64,000 bases of DNA from an uncultured Chloroflexia bacterium (lineage in GTDB: Bacteria > Chloroflexota > Chloroflexia > Thermomicrobiales > UBA6265): positions 480,001-544,000 of the forward strand of contig CAVRUC010000013.1 in the NCBI GenBank assembly GCA_963724295.1, given 5' to 3'. This document shows positions 1 to 9,911 of this stretch, in pieces (position 1 is the first letter of the stretch; every line of letters begins with the position of its first letter). The notes under the pieces were generated by a model. That model was not told the origin of the DNA and made no database searches. It saw only the letters and a program-made list of their open reading frames with translations. A program made the position numbers and the translations under genes.

Positions 1-4
1 AACA

Positions 5-82
5 GCCTGTTGAAAAACGGAGCAGGTAGGGGAACGATGCCCCTTTCCGATCGAAGGCACCATCGCCCCTTTTTCAACAGGC
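5..82. mobile_element. 78-bp MITE-like element with 13-bp perfect terminal inverted repeats
   Basis: GCCTGTTGAAAAA (5-17) and TTTTTCAACAGGC (70-82); inner GGGGAACGATG/CATCGCCCC also pair; no ORF inside. Confidence 0.6.
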
Positions 83-283
83 AGGGGCGTTACCGGACCC
101 GGCTTCATACGTCACCCGCGCCGAACTTGCCCCTAGCCTGACATCTCTCGATCCGGCGTATGTTGCTCACCACTCAGACAGTGACTCATCTGACGTGCAG
201 GTGCTCCTGATCGCCTGCGCCGCGATGTCGGCTGTGGCGCTTCCAGCTGAGCGGATGGTTCCCTCGGCCGGGGTGCCTGAGTC

Positions 284-691
284 TCAGAGGGAGAAGGTCA
301 TGTCTCCGGCCGCACCGTGCAGCACCAGGGTCGTTCCCAGCAGGGTGTAGCCCGTCACGCCGTTGAGGGCGGCGAGGTACGGCTCCGAGAGCGACGGGGG
401 CGGACAGTAGGCCGCTGTCGAGGTGGTCACCGCGATCGAAAGCGCACCGTCCCCCCCACTCCAGGTGCCTCCTGCTCGATTGCAGTCGGCCCCAATGTCA
501 ACCGTGCCGTCCGGCAGGAACTGCACGGTGTAGAGCGGCGCGGCAATGGCGCCCACGCCGGGAAAATCGATCAACGTCCAGACGAACGACGGCATGCTGC
601 CGACCGTCTGCGCCCGGGATCCCGCCACGGCACTGGGACCGCTCAGCAACAGCAGCGCCAGCACACCGGCCCAGAGGACACGTCTCGTCAC
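284..691 (-). CDS. secreted META (HslJ-like) domain protein
   Basis: Signal peptide; W-x-L...ADCNR.GG...TAAYC...L.AL META pattern; AGGAG SD 7 nt before GTG at 691. Confidence 0.8.
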   Translation of the reverse strand: MTRRVLWAGVLALLLLSGPSAVAGSRAQTVGSMPSFVWTLIDFPGVGAIAAPLYTVQFLPDGTVDIGADCNRAGGTWSGGDGALSIAVTTSTAAYCPPPSLSEPYLAALNGVTGYTLLGTTLVLHGAAGDMTFSL

Positions 692-980
692 GGCCACTAC
701 TCCTTCCCCGGTGCCACCGGGCCCTGTCATCATCCGCACGGCATCATGCCTGGGTCGGCAACAGGCGGCCGGCTCTGTTCGTTTCGCCGCCCCGTACCGC
801 CGACCTCGCTGCCGCAACCTGGCAAACGGCGGCTGCCCCCAGCGGCTGGCCGACAGGGTGGGTTGGGCGATCGTCGCCGACAAGCTGGCCCACGCGGTCG
901 CAGCAGCCTACCATGGCGGCAGGCCCGGTGCCTGCTCACGCACGGTCCAGCCGGGCGATCGTTTCGAGGGGAGTGGCCGC

Positions 981-1493
981 ATGACGCAGCGCGGCGGACG
1001 GGGGCGGCTCGGGTCGTGGGTCGCGCTGCTGGCGGCGCTCAGTGGAGCGGTGCTCATGATCGACGCCAGCCCGCGTGAGACGTGGGCGCAAGGCCGGGCC
1101 GATGTCGCCATCGTCGATGGCGCCTACCAGCCCGGGAGCATCAAGGTCCAGGCCGGGGACACCGTCACCTGGACGAACACCGGGACCACACCACATACGG
1201 TGACGGCCGATGACGGGTCCGTCGACTCCGGGTCACTCGTCCCCGGGGCCAGCTTCAGCCAGACCTTTCCGGTCGCGGCTCTTTTCACCTATCACTGCGC
1301 GATCCATCCTCGGATGATCGGCGCGATCACCATCACCGCGGCGCCGAACCAGGGCGGCAGCACCATCAACCGGGTGCCCGCTACTGGGGTCGGGATGGCG
1401 CCACGGCCGTCTTTGCCGCTGACGCTGATGGCGCTGCTCGTGGCGACAGGCTTAGGGAGCGGCGCCTTCCTGGAGCGTCGCCGGACGGGGTAG
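981..1493 (+). CDS. cupredoxin/plastocyanin-azurin family protein with sortase-type C-terminal anchor
   Basis: GDTVTWTN..PHTVT and YHCAIHPRM type-1 Cu ligands; VPATG + hydrophobic helix + RRR tail; GAGGGGAG SD. Confidence 0.85.
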   Translation: MTQRGGRGRLGSWVALLAALSGAVLMIDASPRETWAQGRADVAIVDGAYQPGSIKVQAGDTVTWTNTGTTPHTVTADDGSVDSGSLVPGASFSQTFPVAALFTYHCAIHPRMIGAITITAAPNQGGSTINRVPATGVGMAPRPSLPLTLMALLVATGLGSGAFLERRRTG

Positions 1494-1552
1494 TGTCCGC
1501 ATGGCTTGGCCACCATCCGTGTCGTTGTAGCTCGCGGTCCGTAGATAAGGAG

Positions 1553-2350
1553 ATGGTCGCCGTGGTCCTCCTGGCGCTTGCGTCCCTGCTCCTGCTCGTC
1601 CCGAGCGTGGTCGCAGGACCGGCCACGCCCACCGCAACGGCCTCAGGCATTCCCCCGGTGATCTGGGAGATCGTGAGTTTCAGCGAACCGGAGAGCGCAC
1701 CGGTGACGATCACCGATCCTTCGCGCTCCACCGTGCAGTTCTTGCCCGATGGGCGGCTCCGGGCCCGGTTCGACTGCAATCAGGGGAGCGGCGGCTACAC
1801 CGCGGTCGAAGGGGTTCTCACCCTGACGCCGCTGGTGGTCACCACGGCAATCTGCCCCCCAGACGCCGAGGACCCACGGGTGCAGACGATCCTGGAGAGC
1901 GCGACGTCGTATACCTTCGATCCCGATGGGTTGCTCCTCCTGTATGGCGACAACGGGAGCCTTCACCTGCGGCCGACGTTGACCGGTGTGCGGTGGACGT
2001 GGCAGACGTTCCAGGGCAGCGATGACACGATTGTGCGGCCGGATGACCCGAGTCAGTACACGGTCGAGTTCCTGCCGGACGGCACGCTGGCCATCCAGGC
2101 TGACTGTCCTCACGCCGTGGGGACCTACACCGTGGACACCTCGACGGTGGACCTGCGGATCGGCGAGAGTGCCGCCGCGATATGCCCGGCCGGAGCGCTC
2201 ATGGATCGCTTCCTGCGCGATCTCGACCAGGTCACGTCCCATGTCTTCCGCGACGGCAGGCTCTACCTGGCCCTGCCGATGGACGCTGGCATTCACGCAT
2301 TCGCTCCTACCCCCGTTGCCCCTCCGGCAGCGACGCCCGCCGCAGGATGA
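1553..2350 (+). CDS. secreted tandem META-domain protein
   Basis: Two repeats (QFLPDG..FDCNQGSG / EFLPDG..ADCPHAVG); AAGGAG just before ATG; signal peptide. Confidence 0.85.
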   Translation: MVAVVLLALASLLLLVPSVVAGPATPTATASGIPPVIWEIVSFSEPESAPVTITDPSRSTVQFLPDGRLRARFDCNQGSGGYTAVEGVLTLTPLVVTTAICPPDAEDPRVQTILESATSYTFDPDGLLLLYGDNGSLHLRPTLTGVRWTWQTFQGSDDTIVRPDDPSQYTVEFLPDGTLAIQADCPHAVGTYTVDTSTVDLRIGESAAAICPAGALMDRFLRDLDQVTSHVFRDGRLYLALPMDAGIHAFAPTPVAPPAATPAAG

Positions 2351-2435
2351 CCGAAACAGCGATTCATGGCGGCAACGCGGCAGGCGCGGTCACGTCTGTC
2401 GCGAGGAGGCGCGGCTGTGATGAGCGCACGCGTGA

Positions 2436-3191
2436 TCAGGCTGTCGGGGTCGCCTCCAGGGTGCCTTCAGCCGGTTCGACCTCTATCGGCTCGGCAACGG
2501 TCAGGTGATACGTCACCTCCGTGGAAAAGCCAGAATCCGCAATACCCCCACCGAAACGGAGCTCGTGCTCACCCACTGACAGCGGCGCGAGAAGCAGCCA
2601 GTAGCCGTCCGCTACCCCTTGCGTGACGGTCGGCTCCACCCCCAGAATGTTGCCCGCCGGCAACGCCACCGCGAAGAGGTCCGATTGGACGCGGTAGCGG
2701 TCCAGATCCGGGATCGCCTCGCCGTCGACAACCGCTGTCAGTTCCACGGCAGTCGCGAACCACGCCTCGGTGCAGGCCCGCAACGCGGCCTCATCGCGCC
2801 CAAAGAAAGGCGGCGGCTCGACCGTGGTGCAGGAGGCGGAAAGGAGCGGAAGCAGAAGTGCCGTCCCCGCGGGCACGGTACACGTGCGCTCGACAGCTTC
2901 TTGATCACCCGCTTGCGCCAGGAAGAAGACCGGCCCAGTCTGTCCCAGGCCGCAGAGCGCGCCAGTCGGATCCGCGGCGGGATGGATGGCCGCCGGCAGG
3001 GAGTGCGTCCATTGCGCGTGGCGAGCGGTCCACGCTTCGTAGGTCAGTCCGTAGGCAGGCGCATCCGGCGGCAGGACTAACTCTCCCAGGTCGGCTCCGG
3101 TTACGGGCGTGGCCTCCTGCGCCTGGATGTCCGTTGGCCCACCGGTACCGACCAGCAAGACCAGCACGAACATGACGAGCACGCGTTTCAT
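2436..3191 (-). CDS. secreted hypothetical protein (YxxW...QTGPVFFLA...ADGYWLLL family)
   Basis: AAGGAGG SD, signal peptide followed by QEATP; alternative in-frame SD+ATG at 3293. Confidence 0.75.
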   Translation of the reverse strand: MKRVLVMFVLVLLVGTGGPTDIQAQEATPVTGADLGELVLPPDAPAYGLTYEAWTARHAQWTHSLPAAIHPAADPTGALCGLGQTGPVFFLAQAGDQEAVERTCTVPAGTALLLPLLSASCTTVEPPPFFGRDEAALRACTEAWFATAVELTAVVDGEAIPDLDRYRVQSDLFAVALPAGNILGVEPTVTQGVADGYWLLLAPLSVGEHELRFGGGIADSGFSTEVTYHLTVAEPIEVEPAEGTLEATPTA

Positions 3192-3492
3192 GGCTGATCC
3201 TCCTTCTCGACTTCGGGTCGCTCCCGACAGGTGCTCGGGATGGTCGGCGACCCGCGGGGCTGGGGCGATGCGGTCTCCGCGTTCATCATCCATGCTGACC
3301 CTCCTCGCACGCGTTGTAGGCCCCGGCCCTCCCGCTGTCCCTGGTTGCCGCCGATCACGAATCGGGGGAGCCCACGCTAGCAATCACCGGGTCCGAGGCG
3401 CATCGGCCCAAAGTCGTAATGCCCGCCTCGATGGGGATGCCGGCCACCCCGCAAGAGCGATTGGATCAGGGCTGAGCGAAGCAGGTGCGTAG

Positions 3493-3810
3493 AGGGAACT
3501 CCGGAACCTCAACCGGTCCCCGCTCTTCGGCGTCGCCGACGTGAACGCCTCGAAGGTCGACGTGGTTGCGCGACACTTGCGCGATGCCGTGCCAACCGAG
3601 CCATTCCCCGGTCGATACGACGAGTTCGTTGCGAAACACGGGCGCAAGCTTGGCGACGTCGACTTGATCCTGCCGCTCGTCAACGAGTTCGGCGTCCGCG
3701 CCGCAATCGGGCACATATTCCCGCCGATCCCGATCTACGGGACCACGGCCGCAAGCGGGGTCGTCAATTACCACCGGCATGCGACTACCTCAGACAGTGA
3801 CCCATTCGGC
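3493..3810 (+). pseudogene. ThiF/E1-like adenylyltransferase fragment
   Basis: RELRNLNRSPLFGVADVNASKVDVVA matches ThiF NLNRQ..DVG..K motif; preceded by in-frame stop, GxGxxG N-terminus missing. Confidence 0.6.
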
Positions 3811-3980
3811 GCCTCAGTGCTCCACGGTCACCCGGCGCCTCGATGGCGGACCTTGCGCTTCCAGCCTGAGTGGACGGGTTCGTCGGCCGGGCGGCGGGTG
3901 CCCTCCGGCGCTGCATCCGGATGGCGCACCATCCGGATGGCGCACCATGCGATCGTAGATTAAGCGGCATTCGCGACCTC

Positions 3981-4009
3981 TTGACACCTTCACAACACGG
4001 CTGTAGGGT
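3981..4009 (+). promoter_or_regulatory. sigma70-type promoter upstream of Cys-rich repeat gene
   Basis: TTGACA-17 nt-TAGGGT. Confidence 0.6.
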
Positions 4010-4122
4010 GGGCGAGGGCCAAACACCAATCCATGTGGACGGGGTCGCGTTGGGCTCGGAGATCCTCTGAGGCGCGAGCGGGACAGAGAACCCCGGCTGC
4101 GTTCCGAGTGAGGGAGGACTCC

Positions 4123-6336
4123 GTGGACAACTCCAGCATTGATGCCGTCGCGCGTGCCGTTGCCGCTGGTGCTTCTCGTCGCCAGGTACTCCGTCTCCTT
4201 GCCATTGGCGCCGTGACCGCTTGGCTTCCTGGCCGCGCGGGTGCCGCCCCCGCGCGGCAACCCTGCGAGGCGGCGGGCCTGACCGACTGCGGCACCGGAT
4301 GCGTCGACCTGTGGAGCGACGCCTTCAACTGTGGTGGCTGTGGCATCGCCTGCCCCAGCGGTGTCTGTCAGGGCGGGACCTGCTCCTCGGTTCAGCTCGA
4401 TATCGGCTGCGTCTTACCCACCGTCGACTGCGGCGGCGGCGGATGCATCGACATCAGCAGCGACCCCTTCAACTGTGGCGGCTGTGGCATCTTCTGCGAG
4501 AGCGGCGTCTGTCAGCGCGGAACTTGCTCCTCGGTTCAGGTCGATATCGGCTGCGTCTTACCCACTGTCGACTGCGGTGGCGGCGGATGCGTCGACCTGT
4601 GGAGCGACGCCTTCAACTGTGGCGCGTGCGGCATCGCCTGCCCCAGTGGCGTCTGTGAGGGCGGGACCTGCTTCCCGATCCGCGTCGATATCGGCTGCGT
4701 CTTACCTACCGTCGACTGCGGTGGCGGATGCATCGACATCAGCAGTGACCCGAATAACTGTGGAGGCTGTGGCAATGTCTGCCCGGATGGCGTCTGTGCG
4801 AGGGGCGTCTGCCAGCAGATCAGTCTCGGCTGTGTCTCGCCCCTCGTCGAGTGCAGTGGTTTCTGCATCGACATCAGCAGCGATGCGAACCACTGCGGCG
4901 CCTGTGGCAACGTCTGCCCGGACGGTGTCTGTGAGGGCGGGATCTGTAGTGGGCCGCCGATCGCCTGTGTGCTGACCGAAACCAATTGCGGCGGGGTTTG
5001 TGTCAACCAGATGATCGACCCGGGCAACTGCGGCGCCTGCGGCAACGCCTGCGGAACCGATCAAGTCTGCGAAGGGGGTGTCTGCACCGCGCCGCCGATC
5101 GCCTGCGTGCTGACCGAGACCAACTGCGGTGGGGTCTGCGTCGACCTCTCTAATGACCCGAACAACTGCGGCGCCTGTGGCAATGCCTGTCCGGACGGTG
5201 TCTGTGAGGGCGGGATCTGTAGTGGGCCGCCGATCGCCTGTGTGCTGACCGAAACCAATTGCGGCGGGGTCTGCGTCGACCTCAGCAGCGACCCGAACAA
5301 CTGTGGTGGCTGTGGCACCGTCTGCCCGGACGGCGTCTGTGAGGGCGGGACCTGCTCCTTGGCCCAGGTCAGCCTCGGGTGCGTCGAACCCCTCGTTGAG
5401 TGCGGCGGTTTGTGTGCCGATCTCAGCAGCGACCCGAATCACTGCGGCGCGTGCGACAACGTCTGCCCGGATGGTGTCTGCACCAATGGCGTGTGTGCCG
5501 AGCTAACGCCGACCACGCCCGCCGCCGCTTTGCCTACGGCGACCCCCCCTACGAACGAAGTGGCCAATGGGGAGAACGGTGTGCCGACCGCCACGCCCGC
5601 CGCCGCTCCGCCTACGACCACACCCGCCACAGGAGGGCAGGGATCCGGGTCGAGCTCGTCCGACTCCACATCTGGGTCCTCCGAGCAGGTTGCTGCCACG
5701 AAGGCCACCGAGGCGGTGCTTGCCTGGCCGTTCGACCCGGCGGCGGGGCAGTGGACGATCGTCAACGGCTACCGTGGGGAGGGCGAGCACGCCGCACCCA
5801 CCAGCGGCAGTCAGAACGACGCGCTCTTCGCCTTCGACTTTGGTGTCTGCCGGGCAGAGAATGTCGACGTGGCGGACGGCACGTGCGAGCTTGGCCCGGC
5901 TGCGGAGAGCAGTACGGATGCTGCAGAACCCGGCTGGGATACCGCGGCGACCCAGGGGGTCGATATCCTCTCGCCCGTTGACGGCACGGTGGTCTGGACG
6001 GAAGAGGCGAACGCCCTCTGCCCAACTGTCGGGATTGCCATCACGGGCCACCCCGGCTACCGCGTGGCGCTGTTCAACGTCGAAGGGCGCCCGGAAGTTG
6101 GGCAGGCGGTGAAGCAGGGCCAGAAGATCGGCAAGGTGGCGAAGGAGGGCTGCGCGGAGGGCGATCGCCTCCACATGGCGCTCTACCAGCCGCAAGCGGG
6201 GGCTGCCGGCGATCCGGAGGAGGGGCGGAAAGGGGTGCCGTTCACGGGAGACTGGACCATCGCCGGCTGCGACTTCCCCGACGACCAGAAGACCGCCAAC
6301 CAGTACCGCGGGGTGCTCGTACCGTGCAGCCCCTGA
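4123..6336 (+). CDS. Tat-exported protein with nine STIG1-like Cys-rich repeats, Pro/Thr/Ser linker and degenerate M23-like domain
   Basis: GGAGG SD + GTG; SRRQVL Tat motif; 9x CVD...D..NCG.CG..C..GVC..G.C; C-terminal LAWPF..H..AFDF..SPVDGTV..VKQGQKIG..LHMAL. Confidence 0.85.
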   Translation: MDNSSIDAVARAVAAGASRRQVLRLLAIGAVTAWLPGRAGAAPARQPCEAAGLTDCGTGCVDLWSDAFNCGGCGIACPSGVCQGGTCSSVQLDIGCVLPTVDCGGGGCIDISSDPFNCGGCGIFCESGVCQRGTCSSVQVDIGCVLPTVDCGGGGCVDLWSDAFNCGACGIACPSGVCEGGTCFPIRVDIGCVLPTVDCGGGCIDISSDPNNCGGCGNVCPDGVCARGVCQQISLGCVSPLVECSGFCIDISSDANHCGACGNVCPDGVCEGGICSGPPIACVLTETNCGGVCVNQMIDPGNCGACGNACGTDQVCEGGVCTAPPIACVLTETNCGGVCVDLSNDPNNCGACGNACPDGVCEGGICSGPPIACVLTETNCGGVCVDLSSDPNNCGGCGTVCPDGVCEGGTCSLAQVSLGCVEPLVECGGLCADLSSDPNHCGACDNVCPDGVCTNGVCAELTPTTPAAALPTATPPTNEVANGENGVPTATPAAAPPTTTPATGGQGSGSSSSDSTSGSSEQVAATKATEAVLAWPFDPAAGQWTIVNGYRGEGEHAAPTSGSQNDALFAFDFGVCRAENVDVADGTCELGPAAESSTDAAEPGWDTAATQGVDILSPVDGTVVWTEEANALCPTVGIAITGHPGYRVALFNVEGRPEVGQAVKQGQKIGKVAKEGCAEGDRLHMALYQPQAGAAGDPEEGRKGVPFTGDWTIAGCDFPDDQKTANQYRGVLVPCSP

Positions 6337-6706
6337 GGACGATACCTCAGGCGGGCCGAATATCGGACAGATGCGTCCAAAGCTGCGGCCGGTTGGCGTA
6401 TCGGTGCGCAGCAGCAACGCCCGACCCTTCTGCGCCGCTTCTTGTGTATCGTCGCTGGAGCTGCATCGAGGGTCGAGCAGATTGTCCTCTGCGGCGAGGG
6501 TAAAGCGGAGAACCGGGGAGTAGAGGAGATCGAACAGCAGATGGGGAGCGTGTTTGCCACCAGGATGTGCGTTGCTGCTGTCACAATCCGCTTGAACGCC
6601 GGCATTTCTATCGTCAACACCGCTGGTACACTCGACCGCCGTGGAGCGGGGCTGTACCGCGCGGCGAGGTGACCGCAAAGCCCCCTCTGAACAGAGGCAT
6701 GGGGAA

Positions 6707-7825
6707 ATGGGGAAAGACCGGGTGGGCGCCGGCTTGGGACTCGGTGCGGCCGCGGCCTTCTCGCGGCGCCTGGCGCTGCAGGGGCTCGTTGGAACGGCTC
6801 TCGCCGGCGCGACGGGGCTGAACGCCCGACTCACGGGCGCGACGTACGCAGCTCCCGATGAGTTCGCGGCCAAGGCGGTCTATCTCAACCCGACCATGGA
6901 CGACGGATACGATCTCGACCGACTGCTCAGCCTGATCGATCGCACCGAGCTCAACGCCCTCGTCATCGACGTCAAGGAAGAGGGTGTCTACGTTGAGACC
7001 GGAGTCGACCTCTTTCGCGAGGCCGGCACGGTGGTCCCCTACTACGACGTGGCGGCGGTCCTCGACGCCCTGCACGCCAACGACGTCTACGCCATCGCCC
7101 GCCAGGTCGTCTTCAAGGACACGCCGCTGGCCGAGGCCCGGCCGGACCTGGCCGTCGCCGATACCGCGACCGGCGGACTCTGGCGCGATATGAACGGAGT
7201 CGCCTGGGTCAATCCCTTCAACGAAGACGTGTGGGCGGCGAACATCGACCTCGCCCTGGAGCTGGTCGGGCTCGGCTTCGACGAGATCCAGTTCGACTAT
7301 GTCCGCTTCCCGACCGACGGCGACATCGAGGCGATGGACTTCGGGCGTGAGGTGACGGAGCCGGTGCGAGTCGAGACGATCGCCGACTTCCTCGGCGAGG
7401 CCCGGGCCAGCCTGGCGGCGAGCGGGGCCAAGGTGGGAGCCGACGTCTTCGGGTTCACCCTGATCCTCGACGACATCGGGATCGGCCAGAACGTCGGGCG
7501 CATCGCCGAGGTCGTCGACTACGTCTGTCCGATGGTCTACCCCTCCCACTTCCCGCACGGGAGCATCGCCGTCGACGGCCATCCGAACGACTACCCCTAC
7601 GAGACGATCGCGATCAGCCTCGGCGCCGGTGAGGAAAAGGTCGCCGGGTTGAGGGGCAAGCTCCGCCCCTGGCTCCAGGACTTCACGCTGCCGGGGATGA
7701 GCGACTACGGGCCGGCGCAAGTCCGCGCCCAGATCGACGCCGCCGAGGCGAATGGCGCTGCCGGTTGGATGATCTGGAACGCCGCCAGCGTCTACCACGA
7801 AGACGCGTTCTCCCCGGCCGGCTAG
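6707..7825 (+). CDS. putative glycoside hydrolase (DUF4015-type TIM barrel), Tat-exported
   Basis: NALVIDVK, GFDEIQFDYVRFP, PMVYPSH, RPWLQDF motifs; FSRRLAL. Confidence 0.85.
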   Translation: MGKDRVGAGLGLGAAAAFSRRLALQGLVGTALAGATGLNARLTGATYAAPDEFAAKAVYLNPTMDDGYDLDRLLSLIDRTELNALVIDVKEEGVYVETGVDLFREAGTVVPYYDVAAVLDALHANDVYAIARQVVFKDTPLAEARPDLAVADTATGGLWRDMNGVAWVNPFNEDVWAANIDLALELVGLGFDEIQFDYVRFPTDGDIEAMDFGREVTEPVRVETIADFLGEARASLAASGAKVGADVFGFTLILDDIGIGQNVGRIAEVVDYVCPMVYPSHFPHGSIAVDGHPNDYPYETIAISLGAGEEKVAGLRGKLRPWLQDFTLPGMSDYGPAQVRAQIDAAEANGAAGWMIWNAASVYHEDAFSPAG

Positions 7826-7886
7826 TCGGAGATCGCCAGTCGGAGTTGTGAGTCGAGAAGCCGAGGAGTCGTGAAGTTCCTTCCTT

Positions 7887-7975
7887 CACCCCCTGAGTCC
7901 GCGCACTTGCAGCGGACGCCACCCCCTGAAGCCGCAACGCGGCTGGCACCCCCTGAGGCGAAGCCGGCACCCCCT
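7887..7975 (+). repeat. tandem CACCCCCTGA + variable mini-hairpin units (3.5 units)
   Basis: Units at 7887, 7920, 7947, 7968; reverse complement of 57369-57478 matches. Confidence 0.8.
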
Positions 7976-7992
7976 CGGGCCGCTTGCGGCCA

Positions 7993-8967
7993 TCAGGGAG
8001 CCGTTGGCGTCGCGAACTCGTTCATGATCTCGTCGATCAGGATCTCGTCGAGCGCCGGGTCTGCGTCATTCACCCGCTGCGTGCGGGCGCTGTCGACCGA
8101 ATCGAAGGGAACCACGTAGGCGACCGGTCTCCGGCTGGGCGGGGTGTCCTGGCGCTCGACCACGTAGTAGTTCCCGTTGCGCGCCGTAACCAGAATCAAC
8201 CCCGACGACGGCAGCGTGTCGCGCACGCCCTCTGTCATCGTGAAGACGACCTCGATGCTCGAGTCCGCCTCTCCTGCCATGAGCAGCTCGGCGTCTACCC
8301 TCGCGCCGTTCGCGGTCGCGATCAGCGCATCCAACAGGTACATCGCGACCAGGAGCACAATGGGGATGATCTTGCGCTCCCGGATCTGAGCGATGATGGT
8401 CTGCCGCGGTCCGAAGCTGAGCCAGATGACGTAGAAAAACAGCAACGACCCGAACGTCCCCATCAAGCCCGCGACGTCGCCCAGCACCGAGCTCGCTCCC
8501 ATCAGCCCCGCATCGATTCCGGCCTGGACGGCGGCGATCAGCAGCGGGGAGACGATCAGGAGGTTGACGATGAGCAGGAGCAGGCGTCCGAATCGCTGCC
8601 TGGCGCGGTCATACCACGAGTGCAACCGCGCAATGCGGGAGGTCAGCACCCGGTAGATCAGGTAGAAGAAGAGCAGGGCGGTTGGGTATTCGAGGAGACT
8701 CTCCAGCACATGCGCCGATTGCAGCGCGATGAATGCTGGCGCCAGATCGAGCGATGTGACCTCGATCGACATGCGTGAGTAATAGGCGTCGGTGTAGACG
8801 GACCCGATCAGATAGAGCCCGGTCGACGTCGCCACGGCGATGACCGCGGACTCGATGACGCGCTGTGCCGTGCCAAAGACCGGGCTGGCCCTATCCGGTA
8901 TGACATCGTCGCTATCGGCCGGCGCGTCGCGCTCGGTCGCTACCGCACTCGTCCCTATCCCCATCAC
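7993..8967 (-). CDS. multi-pass membrane hypothetical protein
   Basis: About 5 hydrophobic helices, high-GC codon usage, overlaps upstream gene stop. Confidence 0.75.
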   Translation of the reverse strand: MMGIGTSAVATERDAPADSDDVIPDRASPVFGTAQRVIESAVIAVATSTGLYLIGSVYTDAYYSRMSIEVTSLDLAPAFIALQSAHVLESLLEYPTALLFFYLIYRVLTSRIARLHSWYDRARQRFGRLLLLIVNLLIVSPLLIAAVQAGIDAGLMGASSVLGDVAGLMGTFGSLLFFYVIWLSFGPRQTIIAQIRERKIIPIVLLVAMYLLDALIATANGARVDAELLMAGEADSSIEVVFTMTEGVRDTLPSSGLILVTARNGNYYVVERQDTPPSRRPVAYVVPFDSVDSARTQRVNDADPALDEILIDEIMNEFATPTAP

Positions 8968-9734
8968 CCCATCACCCCATCACCCTGCGGGCCATCGACC
9001 CGTACCAGCTCCGCTAGCACCGGCAGATGGTCCGAACCGGCGTTGCCGCCGATCCAGGAGGCGAGGGTGCGGAAGTGCGCGGTGTGCCAGACGTAGTCGA
9101 CCCGCAGCAGGGGCGGCAGGGGGAGTTCGCCCAGGGGATGGCCGCGATAGGCCAGGTGCGAGAACCGTGTCGGCAGCGTGAAACCAGCGCCACGTCCAGC
9201 TGTACCGAAGGCGTCGATCAGACCCGACTGCCGCAGCTGGTGATAGGCCGCCTGCCAGCCGACACGGTTGAAATCGGTGAGCAGCACCGACGGCTGGCCG
9301 CGGGTAGCCTCCACGGCGATCCCGGAGATTTGTTGATCGGCCAGTGCCGCCTGGCGGATCCGGTTCCGCCCGAGGCGCGGAGGTGGTGGGTGCGCGACGA
9401 TGACGGCGATCTCCCCATCGGGTGCGGCCACACGCGCCTGCAGATCGGGGCGACCGGGATGCAGCTCGAGCAGCTGAGTCTCCCGTACCGGGAAGCGAGA
9501 GAGGAGACCCTTACCAGGGATACCGGTCGCATGCAGCACCTGATATGGGTAATCGTCCCCAAGCAGATCGGCAATCGCGTCGCCTTGCTCCGGAGCCAGC
9601 TCCTGCAACCCGATGATATCGGCGCCGGACTGGCGCAGTACCTCGACCAGCCGCAGCGGAGCGGCCAACCCGGCGCCGACGTTGTAGGTCATCACGGTCA
9701 GCATCGGCGGTAGCAGTTCCAGCTCCCCGGCCAC
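8964..9734 (-). CDS. endonuclease/exonuclease/phosphatase family protein
   Basis: MTYNV, DIIGLQE, TDFN, RVDYVW, GSDHLPV motifs. Confidence 0.9.
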   Translation of the reverse strand: MAGELELLPPMLTVMTYNVGAGLAAPLRLVEVLRQSGADIIGLQELAPEQGDAIADLLGDDYPYQVLHATGIPGKGLLSRFPVRETQLLELHPGRPDLQARVAAPDGEIAVIVAHPPPPRLGRNRIRQAALADQQISGIAVEATRGQPSVLLTDFNRVGWQAAYHQLRQSGLIDAFGTAGRGAGFTLPTRFSHLAYRGHPLGELPLPPLLRVDYVWHTAHFRTLASWIGGNAGSDHLPVLAELVRVDGPQGDGVMG

Positions 9735-9911
9735 GAGTAAAAGGCAGACGGCTTGTGGCGAATTGTCTGAGCGATGCTACCCCGGAAGACAAGCACCGGG
9801 TAGCGTTGGGCCGGCGCTCCAGGTCCCGGCTGGGCCGGCTCCCGGCGATAATGCCTCAATCCCGCACGCTGCGTGGCCAGCATGCCTGGAACAGGGAAAG
9901 GGATACCCGAG

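Noticed and set aside
4285..5500. CRISPR-like or DGR repeats in the Cys-rich region
   Set aside because: In-frame coding repeats; no reverse transcriptase and no adenine-specific variation evident
6480..6545. Minus-strand YSPVLRFT resembling the junction tail LRFT
   Set aside because: Similarity limited to ~5 residues, with no stop or core match
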